In this document: piece by piece, positions 41,301 to 54,000 of the stretch
Numbering within the stretch: the stretch's first letter is position 1
How the letters are laid out: each line of letters begins with the position of its first letter
Assembly: GCA_051294375.1 (NCBI GenBank)
Contig: CM119269.1
Location: 20,817,665-20,881,664 of the forward strand
Length of the DNA stretch: 64,000 bases
From: Paraspadella gotoi
Lineage: Eukaryota; Animalia; Chaetognatha
Direction: 5' to 3'
Notes under the pieces: model-generated
Told to the model about the DNA's origin: nothing
What the model saw: the letters and a program-made list of their open reading frames with translations, nothing else
The model's database searches: none
Translations under genes and position numbers: made by a program

Positions 41301-43443
41301 CAGTGGCTGAAGGCACTGATATTTTGTCTTGCCGACTGATAACAACACAGCGCTTAATAAAAGCGTAACAATGGTTAACTTCCTTCCCCACTACCTGCTA
41401 TCTCGGAAGGGAGAACAAGGAACGCGCATCGCCATTCATTTGGAGCCTAAAAAATTATCCAATAATAACGTATATCCTCTTGAAGACGTTTCGTCGCCGT
41501 CGGCAGCGAGAGGGCGATGGGTGGTGAAGGATAAGACGGCACGTATGCATAAGACATGCATGAAGTACAAAGCTGGGGAGCTTGACAAATCCCTAAGATA
41601 AGAAACACCAAGGAGTAATACCAAAAGGAGCCCAATAGAAGAAAGGATATAGATGAGGAGAAGTCTACGAGGAGCCTCTGATAACAAAAACAATGAGGTA
41701 GGAGGCTACGCTGTTCGTCTCTCAATGGCCAAAGAGGAGAAAAGTGAAAAGAAGAAGGAAGCATTTTTATAGTTCTGAGGAAGCAAGATAGCATGATGTC
41801 TGAAGACGATGAAGAGCCATCATGAGAGAAGATCACGTGATTTTGCTTTCCTCCTTCCTCTTCTTCATCCCAATCTTTTCCCCTCTCCTCTTGCTCGCCT
41901 TCAATTACGCTTGTGGAAAGTAATCCCCTCTGTACACATTTCGTTGCTCATAGGGCTAACACGAGCCAAGTCTTCAGTACTGTAAGACCCATCACTGCCT
42001 CGGGTATTTGTTCTATTGGCAAGATCAGTGCTCGAAGGAGGAAGCTATGTGGTATAGCGACATCCAAAATATCCAAAATACCAATCCATGGCTGCCCTCT
42101 AGTCCAAAAAATTAGTGCAAACCTCTTCTTATACATACTGCAGCGCTGATAATTGAAAGCCAATATTGGTGCGTGCTATTAGCGGAAGACAGTTTCAGCG
42201 CATGCTTTTATTCGAATGTATTTTTTCCCAAAAATTTTTAGATGGGCTTTAGTCATACACCATTTAGTACATCTTTCTTGTAATCTATAGTTAGTAGACA
42301 ACTGAATAAAGTTAGATCAGGATTAATAGCTGTCCATTGCCTCAACCAATGCAGTTTTTTTTTTCTATAGTGAAAGCTTGCCGTGAGGGCCAAATTTTTT
42401 TTAGGAAAAGCGCTCTGAAGGGTTAGGATGGACCTAAGCTTTTTTTAGGAAGGATATCTACTTAAGGTATTTTTAGAATCCTTTTAGTTGTTTTATTAGC
42501 ATAGTATTTAAGCTACACTACCATGAATTTTAGATTTTGAGTTTACCGCTGGCGTATTTCTCAAAAATTAGAAACAGAACATCCTTACCTTCTCCCTATT
42601 ATCAGCTCAGTAGGTCCATCTAATGGAGCTGAGTAAATTTAGACCGAAGACGAATTTTTCATTTGGTCAATGTTTAAAATTTATTGGAAAAAATTCAGGT
42701 GCTGACGCTAAAGAAATGTGACGGTATCGCAGCGAGGAAAAAAAAAGTCTTTTCTCCTAAGTTTGTTTGATTCGCCGGTTGTGAGGAGAGGATATATTAT
42801 CGTGCTCGCCTCTCTTGTTCTCATGTCCAGAAGGCATAAAACCTATTTTACGGAAATTAAAACTCCGCGTGGCCGGCGAACGACGCTCTTCTCTCTGGCA
42901 ACGAGGTCTGGCGCGGTTGTATCGTGAGGCGATGGTCGGTCCGTGCTGCCTTTCAATTGTTTCTGCGACACACACATGTGACGCGGTACCGCAACTCTTC
43001 TGGCGATTGTCTATCTCCATTTGGCTAATCACCGAAGTGCACGAGCACTGACCGCGATGCAAGATGCTCTCGCGTTTTTATTTTTATCTATATTTTTTTT
43101 TTCGATTCCGCCGCATACTCTACGAACGTGGGGCCAAGAGGAACCAGACCCCAACCTCCCCCGACCGATTTTAAAATAAAATTATTTCCCCTTCGTTTTC
43201 TGATAAGTGGCCTCTGATTATTTTTTAAAACTTCCGAATTATAAAGAAAAAACAAATTCTCCAAAGCCGCATCCGACGACGACCGACCGACCGACCGACG
43301 ATCTGATCGATCCGCACAGAATCCGATATTCCGAACCGACCCCGCGGACTCTGACGATCCTTTCACGACCGAAAGCCGATAACCGAAACCGACACTGGCC
43401 GAGCCCGGAGCCGAAGTCCGGAATTTTGTCTTGCTGTACTCAC

Positions 43444-43774
43444 CGACAGCCCAAGTTGGGCCAAAAACCCCAGGGCCGTTCGGCGCTGGGGGACAAGGAT
43501 CCCGCAGGGCTTCCGGTCGTCCCGAGCCCGGACGCCAGATGGGACGTCGGCGAGACCGTGCGGCGGTCTCACGGGCTGGGGACAGAATTCATCGCGTCCG
43601 GAGGCGGAAAGGAGATGTAGGGATCAGCAGCGGGGATCGAAGGGCGTGGCGCACGGGTTCCCCGTCATGGGAAAACTGGCAGAGCGATGGCGGCGGTGGA
43701 CTGGGAGCCGCAGGGCTTCACGCCAACTGGGTAAGAGCCGAGAGGGAGCTTGGGATTGTCCACCGCAGTCATAC
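43444..43774 (-). CDS. Candidate exon of the same unidentified minus-strand gene
   Basis: Acceptor ctcctacag| and consensus donor ctgtcg|gtgagt. GC-rich and Pro-rich (MTAVDNPKLPLGSYPVGVKPCGSQSTAAIALP...); needs indels to stay open. Confidence 0.35.
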
Positions 43775-44196
43775 CTGTAGGAGGGAGCACAATGTTCGAC
43801 GTTTTCAGTTTCTATTCAAGAACTATTTGTCAAAGTTTCTCGCTGCTGTGGAAGCACCTTTCAATAAGTCGGAGGCTTAAAATCCAGATTTAACCCGACC
43901 AACCCCGAGTCCCGGGGCCGCCGTTCATCTGGTTGGAAGGTGTGGCAGAGCTAAGATCGACAGGGAGACGTCTCGTGCTGGCTAGTTGATTGAGTAGAAA
44001 CGCCCCGATGGAAGACGTGGCGATTGAGCGAATTGGATCCCTGGGAACGTTGGAACGCGCCGACGACCGCCGGGATAGCGGGATCGCCGGTTTCAGTTCC
44101 AACTGCTGCTGTTGGCGACAAGTGTGGATGACACTGTTGTTGTTGATGATGATGCTGCTGCAGTAGCCTTTGTTATCTTGTCGCTATGCTGCTTAC

Positions 44197-44509
44197 AATT
44201 GAAAGAGTCGAAAACGCCGGCCGTAGAGGTGGCGAAGAAATGAACGACGCCTCCCGGAAGTCGTCACGTTGGACGTCGACGTTCGTCGTCGACGCCTTCC
44301 CATCGCCGCCTCGCCGAAGGCCGAACCGGCGACGGCAAGCCAACTCGCTCGATGATGGTTGTGGATTGAGGGTGAAGATGATGATGGTGATGATGATGAG
44401 GATGCGGATGATGGGGAAACAGGGCTGCGTTCAGCGCCGTCGGTCGAGACCGCCCGAAAACTAACCGCCACGAGCCGCCCACATTTTCTAGCCGGCGAAG
44501 GATACGGTG
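44197..44509 (-). CDS. Candidate exon of an unidentified low-complexity (His/Ser-rich) protein
   Basis: GC-rich island with acceptor ttcag|cacc and donor caatt|gtaagc. Contains PHHPHPHHHHHHHLHPQ or SSSSSPSSSSPS depending on frame. No recognisable domain. Confidence 0.3.
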
Positions 44510-45109
44510 CTGAAAGAACGGAGAGCGGCGACGAGACGAACGAACGATACGAACGAGGTTAAACCGAATTCGATCCCAGAACCGCGAAGTGCCAACCCCC
44601 CGGGCGCCCGCGCTTTTCCGAGCGAACGAGGGACGAGAGACGGAACACGCCACGACAGGCGAAAGAAAACCCAGCGAAAAAAAAAGCCGCGCTACAACTT
44701 AAAAGAGGTTTTATACATGACGGGGCCGTTCGACGGGAGGGGACGGGGGGCCGAATGGGGCGCGAGAACAATAATACCCGCGGTCGACTACACCAAAAAA
44801 AAACAAGTTTCCCGCTGTACGGCGGTATTGACCGAAAAATCTCTAGGAAACAGCCGAATCATGAATTCCTGCATCGAAAAGTTTATTAGCTTAGGTTTTA
44901 ACCACTCACACAAGCGGCGGTTTTGTGTATGACCCAGTCGGTCAATTCGGGGTTTATCCCCAATAAAAGGGCGGATATTTCTTTTACTCCCGCTCGACGA
45001 ATATGGATTTCTAAGTTACACAAACCAGAGTTAGGAAATGGAGCACAGAGAGGCTAATGCGTACTGGTACGGAACGCTAGTCCAATTATAAGAAAAACAA
45101 AAAAAAAAG

Positions 45110-45142
<33 letters not shown>

Positions 45143-45356
45143 AATGAAAAAAGCTAAAAATTAATATTTACAAAAAATAAGCTAATTTTGAGAGAAGGCA
45201 AACAATTCTTGCGATGAGATTGTGGGAACGGAGAAGATGCGTTGGCCGAGTAGATTGAGGATTTGAGATCGAAAAAATGAGCAAAATCGAAAACACACAC
45301 ACTCTCTCTTCTCTCTCTCCTCGCTCTCTCTTCTCTCTCTCTCTCTCTCGTGTCTG

Positions 45357-45389
<33 letters not shown>

Positions 45390-45393
45390 TCTC

Positions 45394-45443
<50 letters not shown>

Positions 45444-46006
45444 GAAATGAAAAGATCAAAGTCCTCGAATTCGCTGAGTCGGCGAATCTCGATTTCCGAG
45501 AAAAGCGGACGAGCTCGTTCCCTTGGCAACCGAATCACGCGCGAGGCAAAAGGGAAAAAACTAAAGAGAAAAAGTCGGGGAGACATCTAACGTTTGAAAG
45601 AAGAAGTTAATCTGTTGGGATGAGAGGGGAGGATGAAATATAGAGAAATATAGGGTGGTTAAAAAATATGATTGAAAAAGGTCGTACAAAATATGAAAGA
45701 AAAAGACCAATTCAGAAAAGGTGAGAAAAGGAAGGAATAAAAATAAGCAATAAAAAGAGAAAAGTTGGTCAGCAGAAAAAAGAAGGAGAAGAAAAAGGAT
45801 AAACTTTGACAATTGTTTTCCTTTTGTTTCATACTGAAATAAATATTTTTTTCTGTTTTTCGCATTGACGCGGGTCGGACTTGATTTTCGTAAATTTTTT
45901 TTTAATTATAACAGAAATTACAGATAAATTTGGTTATTTAGTGTTAAGAAGAAACGAACTGTTTTTATAATAAGTAAAAATGCTATCTGCGATTTCCCGC
46001 GTCACT

Positions 46007-46040
<34 letters not shown>

Positions 46041-46234
46041 NNNNNNNNNNNNNNNNNNNNNNNNNCTCTTCCCCTCTCCTCTCTCTCTCTCTCTCTGTCC
46101 TTATCCTTTCGTCACAATGTGCGCCACTACATATTTGCCAAATAATATCCGCTTCGACTGAAGATTTTTTTTTCTCTCTCATTCTTCCCTCACAAATTTC
46201 TCTCCTTTTTTTCTCTCTCCATTCTCTTTTTCAG

Positions 46235-46360
46235 CTTCTGCGCCTAGATAATGGAGACCGACAACAACACGCACGAGACGACGACGACGACGACGATACG
46301 CCGACACGACGACGACGGAGCCCCTGGAAAGGCTTGTCAACGCCTCGTTCTCGAAGTGAG
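46235..46360 (+). pseudogene. Second indel-damaged duplicate of GPCR exon 1
   Basis: Same splice sites and ATG (46251), but the frame is broken by indels; lies just after a 25-N gap. Confidence 0.75.
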
Positions 46361-46477
46361 GTGAGTGACCCTCCAGGGTAAGTGATCTTTTTTCTTTTTT
46401 TTCAGCTGCGGACCCGAACGAACTTAGGTTTCTTTCGCTGATTGAGACCCTTCTCTCTCTCTCTCCTTCTCTCTCTC

Positions 46478-46521
<44 letters not shown>

Positions 46522-46657
46522 CTCTCTCTCTCTCTCTCTTCTCCTCTCTTCTCTCTCTCTCTTCTCTCTCTATTCTCTCTTGCTCTCTCTCTTTCTCACA
46601 CTGTTTTTTCTGATTTTTTATCTTTGAATAAAAGATTGGCCAGCTGAGAATCTCTCT

Positions 46658-46698
<41 letters not shown>

Positions 46699-46845
46699 CT
46701 TATCCTTTCGTCACAATGTGCGCCTACATATTTGCCAAAAATATATCCGCTTCGACGAAGATTTTTTTTCTCTCTCATCTTCCCTCAACAAATTTCTCTC
46801 CTTTTTTTCTCTCTCCATTCTCTTTTCAGCTTCTGCGCCTAGATA

Positions 46846-46946
46846 ATGGAGACGACAACAACGACGACGACGACGACGACGATGACGCCGACGACGACGA
46901 CGGAGCCCCTGGAAAGGCTTGTCAACGCCTCCGTTCTCGAAGTGAG
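46846..46946 (+). CDS. Aminergic GPCR (histamine H3/H4-like), coding exon 1: Thr-rich N-terminus
   Basis: Acceptor ttttcag| at 46830, with an in-frame TAG before the ATG. Reads METTTTTTTTTTMTPTTTTEPLERLVNASVLEV with an NAS sequon. The consensus donor ag|gtgagt (phase 2) joins exon 2 in frame (AG+C=Ser). Confidence 0.75.
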
Positions 46947-47066
46947 GTGAGTGACCCTCCAGGGTAAGTTGATCTTTTTTTCGTTTTCTTTCAGCTGCGG
47001 ACCCGAACGAACTTAGGTTTCTTTCGTGATTGAGACCGTTCTCTCTCTCTCTCTTTCTCTCTCTCA

Positions 47067-47119
<53 letters not shown>

Positions 47120-47287
47120 CTCTCTCTTTCTCTCTCTTTCTCTCTCTTTCTCTCTCTCTCTCTTCTCACACTGTTTTTTCTGATTTTTTCTTTGAAAAAA
47201 ATTGGCAGCGGACGAGAATTCTTCATCAAATTGCGAGTGACGGAGTTCAAGTGACTCTTCCTCTCTCCTTCCCACCTTCTCTCTCTC

Positions 47288-47346
<59 letters not shown>

Positions 47347-48111
47347 TCTCATCCTCTCTCTCTCTCCTCCTCTCTTCCCGGCTGAAATGGCTCGAAAAAG
47401 GCTTTGGGCCTCGCCACTTGCCTCTTTCCGTCCACCTGGGCGCAAATTCACGTGATCTTTCGACCTCGTGACCCCGAAAAGATGAACTCGGTTCACTCTC
47501 AACGGTCCGGGCGGCGTTTCCGAGTTACGAGCTGAGCGTTGAGAGAGAGAGGGGCGGAAAGAGAGAAACAACTCGAACTGATTAATAGAACGAAGTACAT
47601 TCGTACAAAGGAAGAGAGAAAGGAAAACAGAAAAGGAGACTCGCGTTCCTCATAACCAGGATTTCAAATGGGAGTGAAATGAAAGGATCAAAGATTGTGG
47701 CTGAATTATTTGTTTAGCAACTTCATATTTTGCACCCTGGTGAAAAAATCGCTGACGTTTTTTTAATTTCAAATTCCAGTAGTCCAGCTTGGTTACTTTC
47801 TTAGTTATGTGCTCAATCAATGGCATAATCGAATTTCAAAAAAGCAATTTTTTTTTTGCATTTGAATACAACCTTCTGTTATAAGATATTATTTTTATGA
47901 AAAAAATGAAATGTTTGATAATTTTGGTTCATCTAACAGATGCATGACATAGGAGTATGTGTTTGAGCAGTCTGAATGTCAAAAACATTTTCACAAACAA
48001 TGACAGTCTTTTTCATTTTATAGTTTTTTCTAGTTAAAACTTATAGGAAATAAATATTTCGCGTTAAAAAAAAATTTCAAAGAACAATGATTTGGCAAGA
48101 GCCTCTTTGCC

Positions 48112-49349
48112 TAGAGTTCCGATAACCGTTAATTTTTTAGGAAATTGCTTAAACCGTTAAAACTAACATTTTTAACGGTTAACCGTTAAGATCGGTTAAT
48201 TTTATAATTCAACTTTAAATTTAAAAATATTAGATTTAAAAACAAAATAAAGTATTTAATGGTATTTTCTTTTTAACTCTGGCTCTTGAATGCGCTGATA
48301 AAGACTTGAAACAGAGTCGAAACATGTCTATTTTTATTGTCAAATAAAATTGTTGTTTCTACAAAACAAATATTTTTTGCTAATCTCATAACACAACGAA
48401 ACGAAAGGAAGGATACCATCAAATTCTAATTCTATATTTTGTTTCTCTTTTCTCTTTTGCTTTCTCTTTTCTTTCTCTACTTCTTCTATTCCCCATTATT
48501 TTTGAAGTTGTTAGTTCTTAAACGCTTGTTTTCTGTTGTTAGTACTTTCATAAACTATGACCAATGGTCATTGACCATAAATATAAATATGAATTTAAAT
48601 TTATTGATTAGACTGGTTTGATTTAATCGATTGAATCAAATATTTATTGATTAATAAATATATTTTTCAGTTTAATTAAAAAAGTATATCATCATTATTC
48701 CTTTTTTATATGTCCTTTTTTAGATTCCGTTCGCTTCTATTATTAATTTTTAAATTTTTTTTAATTATTTTTTATTTGGGTTTTTTATTCATTTTTTCAT
48801 TCATATGTTTTATTTCATTTGCTTTCTTGTGTAATCTTAAAGGAGGGAAAAAGAAAGAGAGAAAATAGTAAAATAGGATTATTTATTTTAGCTAAATTGA
48901 ATCTATATTATTCGCAATGAAAGGGGCAAAAAAAAGGAAAAAGGTAAAAGCAAAGGGCCGAAAAAAGGAGAAAAATAAAGGGGGAAAAAAAGGGGAAAAG
49001 GATGAGAAAGAGAAGAGAAAGGAAGCAGGAGGAGATAAATAAAGGGGAAGAAAGAATAAGAGAGAGATAAGGATAGAAAAAAAGGAGAAAATAACAAAGG
49101 GAAAAAGCAGGGAAAAATTGGAGAAGAGAGAGAGGGGTAAAAATATGGTGAGAAGGGGAGAGGAGAATAAGAGAGAACATAAAAAAAATAGTTTTTTTTT
49201 TAAATTTAAAGATTTCATACCAAAAAATGAAAAAAATCACATTTGAAAATTAACCGAATTTAACCGTTAAAATGAATATATTAACGGTTAAGTTAAAATT
49301 ATTTTTAACCGTTAATAACCGTTAACAGTTAACGGTTATCGGAACACTA
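48112..49349. mobile_element. Non-autonomous hAT element (MITE), 8-bp TSD
   Basis: TIRs TAGAGTTCCGATAACCGTTAA / TTAACGGTTATCGGAACACTA; subterminal AACCGTTAA arrays; flanks ctct(t)tgcc and ctcttgcc. The empty site 'gcctcttgacctaaactaaacc' is at ~35969 in the duplicate. Confidence 0.92.
48295..48328 (+). ncRNA. Minimal hammerhead-like motif inside the hAT MITE
   Basis: CTGATAA-a-GACTT-gaaaca-GAGTC-GAAACATGTC. G8 is changed to A; AATAAA follows about 15 nt downstream. Confidence 0.55.
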
Positions 49350-50008
49350 CTCTTGCCTAACTAAACCTACAAATATATCAATACAAAATTTTTTGCATGC
49401 TCTCAAGACATTATGCTAAATAATGAATGTAAAGGAATTAAAAATATTCGTCTCAATTTTTTTTACAATGAGTCAATTGAGTGAATTGTCAAATAACGCA
49501 CCAGTTGCTGTCATGTAAAGTATTATCAGTTTGCTTCATAGGAACATAAACGTCAACTAATGAAATAAACAAATATTAAGTGATTCAGTTAAGAGTTATA
49601 ACAACTCTTTTCATTTTACTCCTATTTGACCCATGTGTCCAATATTAACTTCACTTCAAGAAGTAATTCCAAAACTACCAAAAAAAATGCTTCTTCGCAG
49701 TTAAAATTGGCGCAACTGTTTCGATAAATGGTTCGCGAAAAAAACGCTTTAAGAGGCCCCGCTGATTTTTACTGGGTGTTTTTCACTTTGAACGTACAGT
49801 GCACTTGAACTTGGGTTTAAAATGTTAAAAGTGAAATGTCAATTGTCAATTGTCAATTGTTAAAACATACAAAATTGGATTCTGATCCCGCAGCGTCTAA
49901 AGTATCTATTGAAATCAGTTTCTATAAAATATTGATCGGTTAAGGTTTGCCCTGTAAACTTAATGTACCCGGAAATGAAAAGCTATTCGAGAAAATGGGA
50001 AAGTGGGA

Positions 50009-50046
<38 letters not shown>

Positions 50047-50828
50047 AGTAGAGAGAGTAGAGAGAAGAGGTATGTAGAAGAGAGAGAGAGAGAGAGAGAG
50101 CGAGACATCTTGGCGCCGATAACTTGCCGACCAATGAGTTTGGAGGAAAATATTAGGGTTTGGATCACGAAATGTATTTCAAAATTTTGAATACTTCTCT
50201 ATTATTCAACTTCAATTGATACACACAAACTTAATTTCTCAATTTTCGAAGATTTTTTTATTTTATTTTCCCCAACTTCGCACGTTTCATTTTTCCTTCG
50301 GCACTTTCGCGTTTCGACCTTTTGTTATTCCTTTCTTTCTTCTCTCATTTTCTTTGTCTTCCCCAAAATTTTCCTTCTGCTTCTCCGACTCAATTTCTTT
50401 TCATTTTCCCCTTTCCACTTTTTTTTTCTTCCTCTCCTTCTCCCTCTTTCTTTCCTCCGACTTCGCGCTCCATCTAACTTGCGCGGGGGAGAGGGAAGGG
50501 GGAAAGGCGGCCGGGGGATATCGTCGTCGTCTTGTCGTCGTCGTCCGCTTCATCGTCGCCGTCATCGTCGTCGTCCTCATTGCCAAGCTGTGCAATCGCA
50601 ATTAAGGGCATCGAGATTTTAAATCTAACCCAGAGACATGCGCCCGTGCGAGTCTACGCGCGTGCGAAATAACGACTGTGCGATATCGATGTTAGATGAC
50701 GTTGATGATGACGACGACGACGACGACGACTATGAGGAAGACGACCGCAGCGCCGACGTATGACAATGAAAGGCGAAGAGGGATTGGACGAAAAAAAGAT
50801 CGTTGCCTCTACCAATTAGCCGGTCATT

Positions 50829-50914
<86 letters not shown>

Positions 50915-51308
50915 TCTCCATGACGAAAAAGAAGAATCGTGCTGATTTAATTTCTTCCCAGTTTTGATCGTCGCTTCGTTTTCCTTTTGATTTAATGCTC
51001 CATTTTTTTCTTCCACTGGATAAGGAACGTAAAATCGCTGGCCTTGTCTCCCATGACATTCGCATCTGCCTTCCTCTTTCCAATTCCGTCACTTAAATAA
51101 TTGCCGACTAATTAATGGGATTTTTTACCTCTGCTCAGCAGTTCTCACTTGACTTGACTTTGATTGAGAAAGAGAAAAATCGAAATGTTTTTTGGTCACT
51201 CATAACTTCGCGGGGCACGAATGTACACTCTTATAAATCAAAATAATATTATTTTTGTTTCGTTATATGATATATGATTAAAATACTTGATCAAGACATA
51301 GTAGGTTT

Positions 51309-51351
51309 AACGGTGATGAAGACTCCCACTCAGAGTCGAAACATGTACGTT
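51309..51351 (+). ncRNA. Minimal type I hammerhead motif
   Basis: AACG-gTGATGA-a-GACTC-ccactca-GAGTC-GAAACATGTA-CGTT. Stem I is aacg/cgtt, stem II has 5 bp, helix III is the palindrome ACATGT, the cleavage triplet is GUA. C3 is changed to G. Confidence 0.6.
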
Positions 51352-53875
51352 TCATTTTGAAATAAAATCGAATTAAAATTCAAACTCTTCAAACAATGAT
51401 CAAGACATAGAATAAGAAATAGAATAAATTAAAATCAAATAATACAAAAATACTTGTTAAAAATATAAAAAAAAAATAATCTAAAAAAAAATTAAGATAA
51501 TAACATTTTTAAAAAACAATTGCTATTTTGTTGAAAAGCAGGTGTAAGCGAAGATCTAGTGGGTGCAGACAGAAGAGCAAATTTATATAGAAAGTAAAAG
51601 GAAAATGCTCATAGTAGATAAATTAAGAGACAAATCCTCCTAGTAGAAAGAAAAAATTAAATAGATGAAAAAAAGGGGAAAAAATGAATTGTAAAATTTC
51701 ACAGAAAAAAAAACGTATGTAGAAAAAAAAGTGAAACTTTGCTCTGAAAAACTAAGGTTGTTTATCTTTTTTTTTAGTCCCTTTCGCTCGTTAGAAAAAA
51801 AAAATCAACATCAGCGCTTTTTTTATTTCCTCCAAAAGAGCCTCGTTATCGAAAGAGACTCAGAGGCGAGATAGGAAGGCATCAACCTATCTCTTTCCAC
51901 CCTTTTTTCCATCCCCTAAAAGATAGAAAGGCGTTAATCATTCACTCTATCTCTCTCTCTCTCTCTTTCTCTCTTGCTCTCTCTCTCTCTCTCTCATTTA
52001 TAGTTAGAATCACATGTTCCTTCCGGTGCCTTTAATCCCTAAAGCGATTTTGAATGACAATTGGTCAGACCGAAGAACTGAGTTTGCCGCTATTTGACTT
52101 TTCGTCTCTCTTTCTTTTTCTTTTTTATAAGGAGTAGAAATTAGATTACGTTGGTATGACTTCAACACTTCTTAACTCTAAAATATATTTATAATTTAAA
52201 ACCATTTATGAGATGGGTCACTAATATTTCCATTTCTCAGTTGTTTCCTTAATCACTGTATAAAACTGTATAAATTCCTTAATTGGATGAAAATGCAAAT
52301 AAAGAAATCAATGACTTGTTTTGAAGTAACGAAGGTGAGCTCACGCTCAGAAATTTTGCCTACGAAAGTGATTGTCTTTTGTTAGCGGTGAATTCGAGGC
52401 TAATTCAGCGAATTGCACTTTTTTCAAAAATCTAAAATTCTAAAATCACTCATCACCTCACAATTTTTGTTTTTTTGTTTTTTTTATCTTCTGAAAATTT
52501 CAAATTCAATTATCTTGACAGAAAAACTTACAATTTTCAATATTTTTCTTTATATAATTTTAGCCCGAGCCCATCAAACCGTTGAATTGGGTACAACAGC
52601 ATTGTTACACTTTTATAATTTCATTCATTAATTCAATTCATTTTCACACTAAACGTTTTCTTTTAAATTACTGCCTTCAGTTGTGTAAGTCTCTCTCTTA
52701 TCTTATCATCTATCATTTGTACTTTTTGTTTTACTTTTTACCGTCGGTGAAGCCGCCATTACAGCCAAGGCCGCCGCTGCATTGGACCCTTTACTCAAGT
52801 GGCCGCCGTCGTTTTTGTCGTCGTCGTCTTCATTGTTGTCGTTGTTGTGATTGTCGTGAGACGTCGGCCAATTGAGAATGAGAGTGAGAAGGCGTGAATG
52901 AAATTTGAGACAGAGAAAGAGGGNNNNNNNNNNNNNNNNNNNNNNNNNAGAGAGAGGAGAGAGAGAGAAGAGAGATGAGAGATGAGAAAGAGAGGAAGAG
53001 AGAGGAGATATGGAAAAGAGAAGAAGTGAGAGAGATGATGAGAGAGAGACGGCTTGTTCTGAATGCAATGAGTTTCTTTTTTATGATAGTTCGTAATTTG
53101 GGTTGTAGTGCTACTGTGGAGAAGAGAAGGAGAGAAAGAGGAAGAGAGATAAGGAGGAGAGAGGAGAGAGAGAGAGAGGGGAATTTGAGAGAGCGATAAA
53201 CGAGTGGATGACGATGAGGAAGAGAGGAGAAGGATGAGGAGAGGAGAGAAAGAGAAGAAGGAGAAGAAGAGAAGGAAGAGAGAATGATGGTGTTTGATTA
53301 AGGGGTTAGATACGAAGGAGCGAGAAAAGAAAAGGGAGAAAGTTACGTTTTTTTAGAAACGAAAGGAATGGAATTGATAAAAAATAATAATAACATATTA
53401 TTGGTTGTTACAATTTATAAAGAAGTAAAGAAAGAAAGAAAGAAAGAGAAAGATAAGAAAGAAAAGAGAAGAAAAAAAAAAGAAAGAAAAAAAGAAAGAC
53501 CCTTCCGAAGTTCGTACGTCTTATGACAAAAGAAATGGTTACAAGTTTTGACGTCAATTGACTTTTCTGACCTAAAAAAATTCATGACGCGTAATTTCGT
53601 AAGTATGCGTCTCCCCCGTTTTTAATTTGACGAGTATGGTACGACATCTAAAAGCGGTGACAAAGACTTCCATTTGCGGAATCGACGCCGAATCTGCGTC
53701 GGTCTACGTCGAAGAAAGTCACACGACGCCGATACTAAAGAACGTTGTGTCTACGCTCGTAAGAAAGAAAGAGAGAGAGAGAGAGAGAGCACCGTTTAAA
53801 AATTAAATATTTAAATAATCGCGACGCCACCGGCGAAGGTTATTTCCGGCGAGTGATTCAATTACGATGAAAGAG

Positions 53876-54000
53876 GAGGATGAAGAAGAAGAAGAAGAAG
53901 AAGAAGAAGAAGAAGAAGAAGAAGAAGAAGAAGAAGAAGAAGAAGAAGAAGAACCAGAACAAGAACAAGAAGAACAAGAAGAACAAGAACAAGTAGATGA
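53876..54000 (+). repeat. (GAA)n microsatellite grading into GAACAA
   Basis: Seen directly. Confidence 0.9.

Larger units (their letters stand above)
45048..51350 (+). repeat. Segmental duplicate, copy 2 (contains intact GPCR exon 1, a local ~600-bp tandem duplication and a hAT MITE)
   Basis: Collinear with 28060-28440 plus 33660-38340. 46066-46645 is repeated at 46650-47210. Confidence 0.93.

Noticed and set aside
41950-42130. Faint resemblance to the XRN exonuclease 'W.WYY.YHYAP' motif on the minus strand
   Set aside because: The match is too weak, contains an in-frame stop, and no other XRN motifs are present.
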